Shown piece by piece: positions 11,973 to 25,184 of a DNA stretch of 64,000 nt. Each line of letters opens with the position of its first letter. Position 1 is the stretch's first letter. The notes under the pieces were generated by a model. The model did no database searches and had not been told where the DNA came from. It saw only the letters and a program-made list of their open reading frames with translations. Source of the DNA: Octopus sinensis (Eukaryota). The position numbers and the translations under genes are program-made. Where the stretch lies: the NCBI RefSeq assembly GCF_006345805.1, contig NC_043013.1, positions 21,576,001-21,640,000 on the forward strand. Direction: 5' to 3'.

Positions 11973-12291
11973 ATCAAAATAAGCAACAAGGATATCCAAG
12001 GTAGTGCAGTACAATCGTTTCATGCTACTTCATTTTATTAAACAATGTCAGTATTACATCAGTTTTAAAATGTAGAGCAATCTTCAGCCACATATAGTAT
12101 TTTTTAATTAAATAGACAATGTACATTTTTATGTACATTTTCAGCCACATATAGAATTTAAAAATTCTATATGTGGCTGAAGATTGGTCTACATTTTAAA
12201 ACTGATGTAATACTTACATTGTTTAACAAAATGAAGTAGCATGAAACGATTGTACTACGCTACCTTGGATATCCTTGTTGCTTATTTTGAT
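11973..12291. repeat. Foldback element, 125-bp arms
   Basis: 11973-12097 versus 12167-12291 with 5 mismatches; an internal perfect 20-bp stem spans 12140-12181. Confidence 0.92.
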
Positions 12292-12404
12292 AGTAATCAC
12301 CCCATTTGATTTATATGGATAATACCATACCAAATTGTGATGTCTTTAACTTAAGTACCATATTCATCTGAATCTAAATATTGCCGAACTTATATATACA
12401 TATA

Positions 12405-12604
12405 TATCGCCATGATAGATCGTTAGCCACTACACACATTTTTTCCCTCCTTGTTTCTCTCCTTGTTTTTTTCTGTGTTCCTTTCTGTAGAAGAGCGTAG
12501 GCTCGAAACGTAAAAGACTTTTTCTATTCCTGAGCGTTATACTAATACATCTGTTTGTTTTGTACACTACCTGTCTTCGTCTTTTGTTTTTTTTCGTAAA
12601 CTCT

Positions 12605-12610
<6 letters not shown>
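12405..12610 (+). mobile_element. Family H repeat (Penelope-type terminus)
   Basis: Homologous to 4380-4562 and also ends in (TA)n. Confidence 0.6.
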
Positions 12611-12681
<71 letters not shown>

Positions 12682-12699
12682 TGTATTATTAAAGTATCA

Positions 12700-13310
12700 T
12701 TTGGCGCAGGCTGACTGTGCAGTAAAAAGATTACCACATGGTTGCAGGTTCAGTCCTACTGCGTGGCACCTTCGGCAAGTCGTGTTTCCTACTATATCCT
12801 TGGGAATGCATTTGATAGATGGAAACTGAAAGAAGCCTGTTGTACGTATGCTTGTGTGTGTGTGTATTATATGTATTATCTCCCACCAGCGCTTGACAAC
12901 TGGTGTTGATTTGTTTACGTTTCCGTAAACTGTTCCCGTAAAAAGTAACCTATTTCTTTATTACCCACAAGGGGCTAAACATAGAGGGGACAAACAAGGA
13001 CAGACATCGGTATTAAGTCGATTACATCGACCCCAGTGCGTAACTGGTACTTAATTTATCGACCCCGAAAGGATGAAAGGCAAAGTCGACCTCGGCGGAA
13101 TTTGAACTCACAAAGTAACGGCAGACGAAATACCGCTAAGAATTTCGCCCGGCGTGCTAACGTTTCTGCCAGCTCGCCGCCGTAAATAGTAACCGATAGA
13201 ATAAGTACCAGGTTTTAAAAAATAAATACTGGGATCGATTCTTTCGACCAAAACAATGTCGAGGTTGTGCTACAGCATGGCTGCTATAGTATGATTGAAA
13301 AAAGTCAAAG
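12700..13310 (+). mobile_element. SINE family B interrupted by a minus-strand family A element (12948-13183)
   Basis: Family B head at 12700 and tail resuming at about 13190; the duplicated GTAAA(A/T)AGTAACC flanks the insert. Confidence 0.8.
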
Positions 13311-13801
13311 TTATACAAATCTCTGCAAATTCACTTTTGTCTTTCATTAAAGTAGTTTTCCTGTTTTACTTGTGTATTGTCATCATTGAACTGTTGGAGA
13401 TTGTCTGAACTTTTGAGACGTCTTGTAGGAGGAAGCGGTTCAAAAAAACAATCTCGTTTTCGTGGATCTCAAAATTTTGCTGACATCTACAGACAGCTGC
13501 GATAGCTGATGGCTAATTGCTTTCAGTTAGAAAAAAATAAATGTATTGCCAATTCCGAAACTCATTCCTTTGTTATTAATATTCTATACTTGTCAGGGTC
13601 AATCCACTTATATATAAGTAACCTGCTCTAACAGTTCTCCGCTTTCTCTTTTTATTTACTATTATTATTATTTTTTTTTTTTGTCATTGTAGTAAAACAA
13701 AGATAACTAGAGAGAGAGATTTCCATATATATATATATATTTCCATATATATATATAATATATATATATAATATATATATATACATATATATATATATGT
13801 A

Positions 13802-13890
<89 letters not shown>

Positions 13891-14498
13891 CTAATTCAAG
13901 AATATTTCATTTCCATGGAACTACAAAAATTTATGAATTTCTAAGGCCAGGAGCAATTGGTAATAACTTCATGTTTAAAAAAAATCCAAACTTGACTCCA
14001 AGAAATTCTATTTCAACCAAACTGACTGAGATATCTTAATAAATAAAACCAGCAAAATGAGGCATTCTAATAAAGAAAGACCATTTCAAAGATAGTGTCC
14101 CAACATATCTCTTTTCAACTAATCACGTGACTAGTCCAGAGAAGGGTTTATAGTCAAGAGAACTAACTTAACATTACTACTTGTTATTTTATAGATTCCG
14201 AGGTAAATGATGATGACGGGTTACACCAATACAACTCAAAGTGGCCAAGTATCAAACTACATATTACTTCTTATATCGACTATTAGACGCGCCTATTACT
14301 TTCTCTTAATCTCTGTCTCATCAATGTTGTTGCTAATAAGAAGAAAGAATACTTTAATATTTGTTGACGGAATTACAATATGTGAAACCCATAAACATTG
14401 ATGAAATGTTACATGGAGCGAGGGATTAGCAAGTTAATATGGTGGGAGTTGATGGACGAACCTCAAGACCCAGTTAGTCATTCTAATGAGAAATATTG

Positions 14499-14703
14499 GT
14501 TTCAAATTTTGGCACAAGGTCAGTAATTTCGGGGAAGGGGCCAAGTCGATTACATCGACCTCAGTATGCAACTGCTACTTATTTTATCGACTCTGAAAGG
14601 TAAAGTCGACCACGGCGAAATTTGAACTCAGAACGTGAAGACGGACGAAATGCCGTTAAGCATTTTTCCCGGTGTGCTAATGATTCTGCCAGCTCACTAC
14701 CCT
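14499..14703 (-). mobile_element. SINE family A monomer
   Basis: 19-bp TSD ATTCTAATGAGAAATATTG at 14480-14498 and 14704-14722. Confidence 0.9.
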
Positions 14704-14852
14704 ATTCTAATGAGAAATATTGAAGCCTATAGTTTGGCAGAGAAATGACAATAGAAAACAGTATTAGCGGTCAAACTAATTGGCTATGTATCGGAACCAT
14801 TTCTAATAACATTTTGATCCATCAGAAAATCTCTTTCTATTGTCTTTTGTAG

Positions 14853-15123
14853 ATCTTGAAACAGAAGGTGTCGAGGTGCTTTTCGCTGGAACTGGGACAA
14901 ATAAAAGATCGATATTACTGTCGTATTGTCGAAAATCACGGAAATCCAATTGTTCAGCCCCATACAGAATACAATGCGGTAACACGTTCATTCATCATCC
15001 TGGTCAATCGATGGGTTTACAGCTCGGCAGGTGGATAGCTCTGGATTGAGGATCAGGTTAAAAGGCTTGAAGTCAGAAATGAACAGAGGAAAACACATCT
15101 CTGAAATGTCGGACAAAACAAAG
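14853..15123 (+). other. Candidate host exon (possibly 5' UTR plus start)
   Basis: Strong acceptor TCTCTTTCTATTGTCTTTTGTAG and donor AAG/GTACGT around non-repetitive sequence. All three frames contain a stop; ATG 15079 reads MNRGKHISEMSDKTK to the donor. Confidence 0.3.
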
Positions 15124-15419
15124 GTACGTGTACATCACATTTAGTATTTATTACAGAGACGTCATGCTAGAAAGGGCATTCAAATTACTCCCAGACGTGA
15201 CTTACCATTTTAACCACGTTGGATAATATGGCCATGAGGAAACTATATCTAAATCATATGAGGTGATGTCCATAGCTGGAACTCTTTCGGTCCCCTCAAC
15301 CAGAACTAGCCTGAAGTTAAACAACAGCTGCAACAACAAAGCCCGACCGTTGAGCCTTGCCAGAAGTCACACCTGACTAGAATGCTGTAAATGCGTCTGT
15401 CCTTTGATTTCCTGTGGAA

Positions 15420-15800
15420 GAGATGGGTTCCGTTGGTAAAAAGGTCAATCTGCTGCCAGGTTCCACTGCGTTAGGACTGGTGATATGTAGGAATACGGTT
15501 ATGACTGAGATATCTACAAGGATTTAATGAGACACAATCAGGGAGGCAGAGTCCTACAAAATGCCAATCTCAGTGAAGTGACCGACTTGTTGAGCCTAAA
15601 TTGCTGCCACTGGGTAGCCTGTCCTACGAGCTTCATTCTCTCATACTAGATTTGTTCACCCGTATTGACAACTGTTTACTGCAGTTGATCGCCGGCTGGG
15701 AACGAAAAGTCAAGGAGCAGTGGCTCTTTCTGAGAGCAAACAAGGAAGACGTGATAGGAAACTTCAGGCTCGTATCTGCAATGTGAAAGAAATATGAAAA
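15420..15800 (+). pseudogene. Tx1/L1-clade LINE remnant, start of RT
   Basis: GSLSYELHSLILDLF...NKEDVIGNFRLVS aligns by eye to the DGLPYELY...NFRPI motifs. Confidence 0.55.
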
Positions 15801-16089
15801 TTTACAAACGATCGGTGAAAGGATAAATGGAAAAAGAAACAAAAAAGATACTAACGAAAACAGGTGAGATGAAACAACGAAATCCCTTCTGTAGGTAAAT
15901 TACGAATAAAATAAAGAGAATGAAGATGAAATAAGATTCACCGTTCTTTGAAAACCAAGCAAATGGTTAATAGACAAATTTGCGCATCTCTGATGCCTCA
16001 AACTTTTCGAAGAAGTTTCCAGCTCTTTTAACTGATAAAAAAATTGTGTGAATAATTTGGGTGTTTGTGGGAGAATGCATGAGTGGGAA

Positions 16090-17030
16090 TCCTTGTTTCT
16101 TATGTTTTCTTACATGTTCGCGAAGTCACTACTCAGCATTGTCTCCATTACAACCGATGCATTTGTGTCATCATTAAATCTAACTCTTGAATCTTTTGTT
16201 GTAGCCATGTCTCTACAATCACTTTCACCTTCTCTGTGTCTTCAAACGTTGTTCCCAAAGATTCTCCTTGATTGGACCGAACAGATGGAAGTCGGAAGGT
16301 TCCAGATCCGGCATGTACAGCGTATGGGGAAACCACTGACCAGCCCAATTTCCTGATTTCCAGTTTTGTTGTCAAAGATGTATGATCAAGCATTGTTATG
16401 GTGTAAATGGGTCGTTTAGAGATTCTTGTTCGTATCTTCCTGCTAAACGTTTCTCTAAGCTTTTTAAGTGTCTCAATGCACCGCTTACATAATACAGCCG
16501 CTTTCCAGAAAAATGAAGTTAGAATGATGCCCTTGTTGTCCCTCAAAATAGTCGCCAGGAATTTCTATGCTGATCGTTGGCTCTTGAACAGTTTAGACTT
16601 TGGAGAAGAGATGTGACGTCATTCCAAGTATTGATCCTTCGTTTCCGGTTTATAAAGATACGCCCAGCAGATCAGAGAAGGCTTCCATCCTACTCTCATT
16701 CAAATCGAGTATCAACTGCCGAAGTCCTATTTTACACAGACCACAGACCAGTCGCGCAACAAACTCACGGATCATACCTTGTCTGTCTACGCGAATCAAT
16801 TTGTCTAATCGCGAGTGATTCGTGACAGTAGTTGCAGTGATGGTCTCTCTCACTGCATGCTTTGTCTTCAAAGCTGATTATCCTTTCTTTAAACTTCTTC
16901 AGCCATCTGTGCACTTTGCACTTATCATCTTCGCAAACGACTTGTATTTTTCTGTGGGTGTCTTTCTCAAGAACTAAATGACGTGTTTATGCATGATACC
17001 CATTACGTGCGTACAGTAAAGAACAGGGAG
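16090..17030 (-). pseudogene. Mariner (DD34D-type) transposase remnant
   Basis: Decayed motifs DNKGIIL, KLGWSV and PDLEPSDFHLFGPIK, plus an N-terminal HRWLKKFK; TIRs not identified. Confidence 0.75.
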
Positions 17031-17081
17031 AAGAGTTACCATAAAAAAGGAGTTATTCTACCAACAAGTACAATATGAACG

Positions 17082-17468
17082 AGTGGAGGCGCAATGGCCC
17101 AGTGGTTATGGCAGCGGACTCGCCGTCATAGGATCGTGGTTTCGATTCCCAAACCGGGCGTTGTGAGTGTTTATTGGGCGAAAACACCTAAAGCTCCACG
17201 AGGCTCCGGCAGGGGATGGTGGTGATCCCTGCTGTACTCTTTCACCACAACTTTCTCTCATTCTTACTTCCTGTTTCTGTTGTACCTGTATTTCAAAGGG
17301 CCGGCCTTGTCCACTCTCTGTGTCACGCTGAATATCCCCGAGAACTACGTTAAGGGTGCACGTGTCTGTGGAGTGCTCAGCCACTTACACGTTAATTTCA
17401 CGAGCAGGCTGTTCCGTTGATTCGGATCAACCGGAACCCTCATCGTCGTAACCGACGGAGTGCTTCCA
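17082..17468 (+). mobile_element. tRNA-derived SINE family C, full length
   Basis: A-box TGGCCCAGTGGTTA, B-box GTTTCGATTCC; 12-bp TSD ACAATATGAACG at 17070-17081 and 17469-17480. Confidence 0.92.
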
Positions 17469-17751
17469 ACAATATGAACGGCCTATGTCAGGTAATAAAG
17501 TTATACCTACTTTCGCTTCACTTTCAGTACGACACTCATGTTCTCTTCGAAGAAAAATGATAAATCGAACAAGCGCTAAATGGAGTAGTACTAAGCGATG
17601 CATTACTCCGAGTATGTGGATTTATTATGTATACTGTATGTTTATGTATTTATAAAAACGTGCGTTGTATACATGCACAATGGAATAAAGCCTTCTCTTG
17701 TTAATTAAAGTATTCAATATTTCAGAAAGTAAAGTTAAGTAATATATATAT

Positions 17752-17786
<35 letters not shown>

Positions 17787-18136
17787 TGATATATCTGAGT
17801 TGAGTAATATATTTGTGACTAGTTGACAGACTTGTTCAAAACTAGATTAAACATGATTACACCTCTGTAAAAGCCTAGTAAATAAACTTACCCACCCACC
17901 ACACACATGTACGTTTGTGTGCATATATATGCGTGTGTGTGTGTGTGTGTGTACACGCACATTATATATGTATGAGTGCGTGTACATATGTACGATTGTA
18001 TGTATATATATATATATATATATAATATATATTATATATATATATATACATATATATATACATATATATGGAGGTGTACATATATGTATACACACGCACA
18101 TTTATATATGTATGAGTGTGTGTACATATGTACGTT

Positions 18137-18245
<109 letters not shown>

Positions 18246-19396
18246 GTGTGTGTGCAGGTGTACATATGTATATACACACGCACACATATGTAATGTATGA
18301 GTGTGTGTGTGTATGTCTGTATTACGAAACCTTTAGCCTCTGGAGTTTACATAAAACTGATTAATGATTCGCCCGCCGCCGTCCACCGCCGCCACAGCAT
18401 CATACCAGCCCACCACCGCCATACTTTCCCCATTTCCACCCGGAGGCTCTTCACCTAATCCCTGCCTGCTCCTTCAATCCACTTCCTGAGTGAAACTGGA
18501 TCAAACCCAGTCAGCTGCTCTGCACGTCACTGCTGGACACTGTCCCTCAAGACACTGGCCGTCAAATAACATTTTCATTCGCGTTTTAAGCCCTTGTTTA
18601 TTGTTGTTACTATTGTTATTGTTATCTGCTTGTTGTGGTGTTGTTTTGTTTTTGTTTTTTTTTTGCTTTTGTTATTGTGGCTGTTGTAGGTGTTATTATT
18701 GTGGTTATTGCTGGTTTTTATCGTGTGTATGTTTGTTGTTGTCGGTATTGTTTTAGAATACTTATTGTCCAGGTAATATAAATTGTTGTTCTTCCTCTTT
18801 TTTTAAAAGGTCTTATTTCTCCTTCTCCAGCAGCAGTCGCAGCAACAGCAGTAGCAGAGGCGGCGGCAAGCAACGGTGAATGGTGGCGGGCGGTGGTGAC
18901 GGTGGTAGTAGGAGTGGTGGAGTGTGATAGCGATAATAATGGTAGTGTGAGATGTCGATAAAGCAATTAGTTTCCACTGCTGACATATTTGATGCTGTTT
19001 ATACAAAGAGAGGCAGTATTAATACGAGAGGTAATATTTATCCCCACTTAAACTCGGATGTTCTATTAGAACAAGCTATACTGCGGTAGACCCCATGAGA
19101 AAAACTCTCATATTGGCTTTTGGTGCTAAATGCACTCTTGTTTAAAGTCAGGAGCGTTGACCTGTCTAGAACTCACACTACAAATACTATAAGGGAAGGC
19201 GTGAATAATAAACACAGTTGCATTATCCTTTGCCCCAATGCCCTGTCTAATTTGAATCTCACATTGTGGCATTCCAATCTTACAAATATCGACTTTGGAT
19301 TTTTATTCATTCTATCTTTAACCTTTTTACTTGTGTCAGTCATTAGGCACAGCTTCGAAAGCTTTCGTTAACTAAATCTACCCCATATGTGTGTAT

Positions 19397-19964
19397 CTCT
19401 CTCTATCCGCTCAGTCGAAGTCGATTCTGGGTCACTCGTTGGATCAGTGTCCTCCAGTCAGTTCTATCCTGGGCCGCTTCTTTCAGATTGGCTATGGACA
19501 TTCCGGTATCACTCTTGATGGTGTCAAGCCAGCGGGTTCTTGGTCGACCTCTTCCTCTCTTGCCACTGACCATTCCGAGCATGATGTCCTTCGCCAGGGA
19601 TTTTTTCCGCATAATATGACCAAAATATGCCAATCTATGCTTGGTGATCGTAGCTTCTAGCGACATTTTCGGCCTTATCTGCTTAAGAACTTCTCCATTG
19701 GTGAGCCTCGCTGTCCATGGAATCCGCAAAAGTCTTCTCCAACACCAAAGCTCGAATGCATTAATTCTCTTCTGGTCAGCTTTCTTTAGTGTCCAGGTCT
19801 CGCATCCATATGTTGCTATTGGGAAGACAATTGCATTCACCAATCTGCATTTGGTAGCGAGTCTGATGTCTCTACTCTTCCAGACCCTGCTCATGCTGAC
19901 CAATGCCTCTCTGCCTAGTACTATCCGCCGTCTTATTTCTGGAGTGCAGTCACCATCTCGATTT
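19397..19964 (-). mobile_element. 5'-truncated RTE (BovB-like) LINE with an uninterrupted ORF C-terminus
   Basis: DGDCTPEIRRRI...YGCETWT...AFELWCWRRLLRIPWTAR...YFGHIMR...RWLD; short (GA)n tail; approximate TSD ATATGTGTGT at 19385 and 19965. Confidence 0.92.
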
Positions 19965-19967
19965 ATA

Positions 19968-20014
<47 letters not shown>

Positions 20015-20721
20015 GTGTGTGTGTGTAGAGTGTTTGAAGTGATGTACAGATAGTGCATATTGAGAAGAAGGAGGCAGTCAGAATTTTGGATAATTCTTTA
20101 TTGGCACTTTCGTCCGTTTTTCGAACTCGTCAAGACAAAATCAAAATGGTAAGAACAGAATGTTTCGTTGTTCATTTATATGAATCGGATGCTTTTTTGC
20201 TTTGCTTAAAAGAGGAGAATATTATCTTTTTTGTTTTTTGTTAAAGGGGGAGAGAGAGAAAGAAAATCAAAGAGGGGAAATAGACAGAGAGAGGGGGTTC
20301 AGGGCAATCAAGAAAGAGGAGAAAAAATAATGCAGGATGGGGAAAGGATAGATAGAGAGAGGGGGGTTCTTTTCAATTTGATGTGGTCAGTTCAATGACA
20401 TTTCATTACAAAGCATTTTTCATTTTTCTTTTTCCTTTCATTTTTTTTTCTTTTTTTCATTGTATACATATTTGTAAATAGTCACATTTTCTCACAAGGG
20501 CTGGTGACCTTTCAAAAATGTCAATTTTAGGAAGAAGGATTGAAAAAATAAGAGGGTGCGATCATCACTGAAAAATAAAAAAAGAGTTGAAAGTCCTCCG
20601 AAAATGTATATTCCTTTCAACTTGTATAGTCAAATCCCATAAAAACAAAAACATGGAAACGGACTTTTTTCAAACAACGAAAAAACAGAGTACAAGACAT
20701 ACAACTCAAGGAATAAACACA

Positions 20722-20939
20722 CGCGGGGGTGTTGAAAAGTCCCTTGCTTTGGGTGAAAGAAAATACAGGAGGATTTGTTAATTATGATTTTATTCAACGT
20801 ATTTCTGTCTCAGAGTTACACACTTATTGCAGCAGTCCTTCGGTTTTTCTAAGCCCTGTAAATGAACTCGCAAGGTAGGGCCTCCAGCCAGGCCTTTCGC
20901 GACACCCTCTAAAGCCAGGGACTTTTCAGCACCCTATCG
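20722..20939 (-). mobile_element. Mariner-derived MITE
   Basis: About 29-bp imperfect TIRs (GGGTG(T/C)TGAAAAGTCCCT(T/G)GCTTT); the interior resembles a mariner transposase 3' end. Confidence 0.7.
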
Positions 20940-22088
20940 TGATAGACAGATAGATAGATAGATAGATATGTTTCTTTATTAGCCACACAGGGCTGCACAC
21001 AGACAGAACAAATTACAAGGTAGAGCTTTTCTTTTGGGGTAAAAAAAAAGGAGGTTGGTTTTCGATCAAAGGGGATCGTAAAAGGAAAGAAAGAGGACAA
21101 AAAAAAAGGGGAGGATTTAAAAAAAAAGGGGGGGGAAGGGGAGAGGAAAAAAAAAGTTGATCAATAGGGATCGTAATCACAGAAATGTCAATATGAAGTG
21201 TAAAGGGGAGGACAGGTGAGGTTTACCCGTGGAAACAAAAGCCTACGGAAAAGACCATGGTAACCTCGGTTAATGAAGTCACATGTTATATTTCTTTTTT
21301 TTTTTAGATAGATAGATAGATAGACAGACAGAGAAGAGAAAGAAAGAAAGAGAGAGAGAAAGAGAGAGAGTGAGGAGGGAGAGAGAGGTTTCGTAGCCGA
21401 GTAGACAGTTGTCGAGTTTTCTGGTGCCTGTACAGCCATGTTAGTGGCTGCTAACGACATCTCTATCGGACCGGAAGTGTCAATAGAACAGACTGCTGGC
21501 CCCAGCAAGCTAAATGAGATGCTATCCCAGCTGCACACATGCTGTTCTCTGCTTAACCCCCTGTAATTGTCAATAAAGCAGCAATTAACCAATCCACAGC
21601 ACATATATCTATTAATATTGGCAATTATTAGATTATTTATTTATTTATTTATTTATTCATTTCTTTACCTTCGGCAATCAGTCGTCCATCCAAAACAGTT
21701 GACATATTAGACTTGTTATTGTTGCCGTCGTCGTCGTAGTTAAGGCTCCGCTGCTCACAGCTGTTGTTGTTGTTGTTGTTGTTGTAATCGTTGGTAGGTT
21801 TTTTTTCTTTATTGTTTTTGTTTTTGTTTTTGTTCAGCTGATTACATTCTATTCGAAAACGTGTATGTGTTTGCTCATGTGCGTGTGTGTTTCTCTAAAC
21901 GTGTGAGTGTGTGTGTATGTGTGTGTGAGTGTGTGTTCTTCTAAACGTGTGTGTGTGTGTGTGTGTGTGTTTTTCTAAACGTGTGTGTGTTTTTCTAAAC
22001 GTGTGAGTGTGTGTGTGTGTGTATGTGTACGTGTGTGTGTGTTTTTCTAAACGTGTGAGTGTGTGTGTGTGTTTCTCTAAACGTGTGA

Positions 22089-22119
<31 letters not shown>

Positions 22120-22623
22120 CGTGTGTGTATGTTTCTCTAAACGTGTGAGTGTGTGTGTGTGTTTTCTAAACGTGTGAGTGTGTGTGTGTGTATGTGTGCG
22201 TGTGTGTGTGTTTCTCTAAACGTGTGAGTGTGTGTGAGTGTGTGTGTTTGTTTGTATGTGAGTGTGTGTTTCTCTCAATGTGTGACTGTGTGTGTGTGTT
22301 CATATGCATCCGTCTGTGCGTGTTTGAGCATGTGTGTCTGTATGAGTGGTCCTGTATGTGTGTTTCATATGTCTGTGTTCATGTATGTGTGTGCGTTCAT
22401 GTGTCGGTGAACGTATGTGTTCATGCATTCATGTGTGCGTATGTATGTGTGTATACGTTTGTTAATGTGTGTGTGTGTGTTCAAATGTGTTAATACGTGT
22501 GTGTGTATTTGTGCATGTGGGGATGTATGAGTGCTCGTGTATGTGTGTTCATTTATATGCGTGTGTTCATGTGTATGTAAATGTATGTGTGTGTGAGTAT
22601 GTGTATGTGGGTGAGAGAGAGAG

Positions 22624-22669
<46 letters not shown>

Positions 22670-22994
22670 TGGTCAAGACATTAAAATACACCCCGCAGTG
22701 ATGTTGCAGCTCAGGAGTTCAAGGGTTTTGGGGAGTATGGAATTACTCCTTCGTGATCATGACAACTTAGCCCAGTGTGCCAGAACCTGACAAGGACCCC
22801 CAATCAGCGGTCAACTAGTAAAAGTCGGTCTTGTGGTTAAAATATACACAGCTCCGAGGAGGCAACCCCCACCTGTGTGTGGGTGCGTCCTTGTGTCACG
22901 TGAATCAGTCCCGACCCTTATGTAAGTGTTGTACCTTTCCCAAGAAGAATCAAGGGGTCTTCAGATGTTAACTGGCAGATCCACGATGGCCGGT

Positions 22995-23673
22995 GCCTAT
23001 AAAACAGAGAGAGGGAGGGGAGAAAGAGAGAGGGAGTGAGGAAGATGAGAGAGAGACAGACAGACAGACAGAAGTAGAAAGGGGAGAGAGAGAAGGAGAG
23101 AGAGAAGGAGAGAGAGCAGAAGAGAGAGAGGGAGGGGGAGGGAGAAAGAGAGAGGGAGTGAGGAAGATGAGAGAGAGACAGACAGACAGACAGAAGTAGG
23201 AAGGGGAGAGAGAGAAAGAGGGAGATCAGAAGAGAGAGAGAGAGGGGAGGGAGAAAGAGAGAGGGAGTGAGGAAGATGAGAGAGAGAGAGAGACAGATAG
23301 ACAGAAGTAGGAAGGGGAGAGAGAGAAGGAGAGAGAGCAGAAGAACGAGAGAGAGAGAGAGAGAGAGTGAGAGAGACAGTTAGACAGAGATAGAAAGGGA
23401 GAGTGGAAGAAGGACACAGGAAGACAGAGAGAAAGAGAGCGTGTGTGTGAGTATGTGTGTGTGCGCGTACGCGCGTGGTGAATGTGTGTGTGTATGTGAA
23501 AGGACGGGATGATTGAGGGAGAGGGGAGAAATAGAGGGAAAGGCGTGTATAAAGATGACTGGGGGAAGAGAAGGAGGTGGATAATTGAGAAGAGAAGGAG
23601 TGAAACATTACTGATATTAGTGTATCGTAGTGGAAAGGAGGGAGAACGGGGGGGAGGGGGTTAGAGTATAGGG

Positions 23674-23720
<47 letters not shown>

Positions 23721-24190
23721 TAATAATAATATGAGAGAAAAAAAGAAGAAAAGAAAAGAAGAAAAAAGAAAAGATGAAGAGAAGAAAAGAAGAAAAAAGA
23801 AAAAAAAAAGAATAAGAAAAAGATGAAGAAGAAGAAAAAGATGAAGAAGAAGAAAAAAAGAGAAGAAGAAAAGATGAAGAGAGGAAATGAAGAAAGGAAG
23901 AAGAAGAAAGAAAAAAGAAATAAAAGATGAAGAAGAAGAAGACAAAGAAGAAAAAGAAGAAGGAACAAAGAAGAAGAAGAAGAAGAAGAAAAAGAGAAGA
24001 AGACCAAGAAGAAGACAAGAAGAACAGAAGAAGACAAAGAAGAAGAAGAAGAAGGAGACAAAGAAGAAAAGAAGAAGATAAGAAGAAGAAGAAGAAGAAG
24101 AAGAAGAGACAAAGAAGAAGACAAAGAAGAAGAAGAAGAAGACAAAGAAGAAGAAGAAGACAAAGAAGAAGAAGAAGAAGAAGAAGAAAA
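22995..24190. repeat. Compound polypurine microsatellite field (GA, GACA, TAA, GAA)
   Basis: Direct reading; it generates the spurious 388-aa ORF. Confidence 0.95.
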
Positions 24191-24282
24191 ATTAGGAAGT
24201 AAAAGGAAAAGGAGGAAGTATTATAAAATGAATAAAACAGAAAATGAGAGAGGTTGAGGGAGAAGAGAATTTAATTAGGGAA

Positions 24283-24960
24283 GTGACCCTTATAAATTAT
24301 TAATATAATATCATATGAGGGGTTGATGTTGTCTCTTATAAATGTCACTATAGCATCATTTAAGAATGAGGCTGTCCCTTATAAACTGTTAGTACAACAT
24401 CATTTGGGGTGGGGGTGGTGTGGTGTCCCTTGTAAATTGTTACTATAACATCATATAGGGGAAGATGTCCCTTGTAAATTGGGTAATATCATACAGTAGG
24501 AGACAACTCTTGATATATTGTTACTCATTTCGAGATGAGGTGTCCCTTATAAATTGTTACTGTAACATCGTATAGGGGTAGGCTGTCCCTTATAAACAGT
24601 TACTATAACGTCATAGACGGGGAGTTTGTTCCTTATAAATGTTACTATAACATACAGGAGTGAGGCTACTCCTTATAAATTGTTACTGTAACATCATATA
24701 GGAAGGTGGTTGTCCCTTATAAATGTCATTATAACATCATATAAGGGGTGAATGTTGTCCCTTATAAATTATTACCATAGCATCATATAGGAGTGACTGC
24801 TCCTTATAAATTTCACTATCACATGGTATAGGGGTAGGGTTGTCCGTTATATATGGTTACTATAATATCATATAGGAGTACGTCGAACCCTTTTAACGTT
24901 ACTATAACATCATATAACACCATATAGAAGGGGTTGAGTTTATATCTTATAAATTGTCGC
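24283..24960. repeat. Degenerate minisatellite, about 16 units of about 42 bp
   Basis: Recurring GTCCCTTATAAATTGTTACTATAACATCATATAG with short variable G-rich linkers. Confidence 0.9.
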
Positions 24961-25150
24961 ATAACTTTCCTTCAGCCACTCTCAGCAGCAGCCACAACAA
25001 TGTCGGCGAAGTAACACATAACCCCCAAAGGGCTTGTGCCTTCAGTGGAAAAGAATACATAACCCCCAACACACGTCATACATTAATTTTACATCGCAGT
25101 TGGTGGACAACAACATCGTCCATTGCTGCTTTCACAAATCCTTGTTTCAG

Positions 25151-25184
25151 GAACTTACGACGAGTGTGACCAGGGCGTGCCTGT
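25151..25184 (+). other. Candidate 34-nt microexon
   Basis: CCTTGTTTCAG acceptor and GTAAGT donor in non-repetitive sequence. Confidence 0.25.

Noticed and set aside
17082-17165. tRNA genes at SINE heads (families A, B, C, E)
   Set aside because: A and B boxes are present but I could not fold a full cloverleaf, and each continues into a SINE body, several with TSDs.
22997-24202. 388-aa and neighbouring ORFs
   Set aside because: Translations of GA, GAA and TAA microsatellites.
24283-24960. CRISPR-like repeat/spacer pattern
   Set aside because: Linkers are only 6-15 nt and related to each other, repeats are degenerate, no cas genes are present and the context is eukaryotic.
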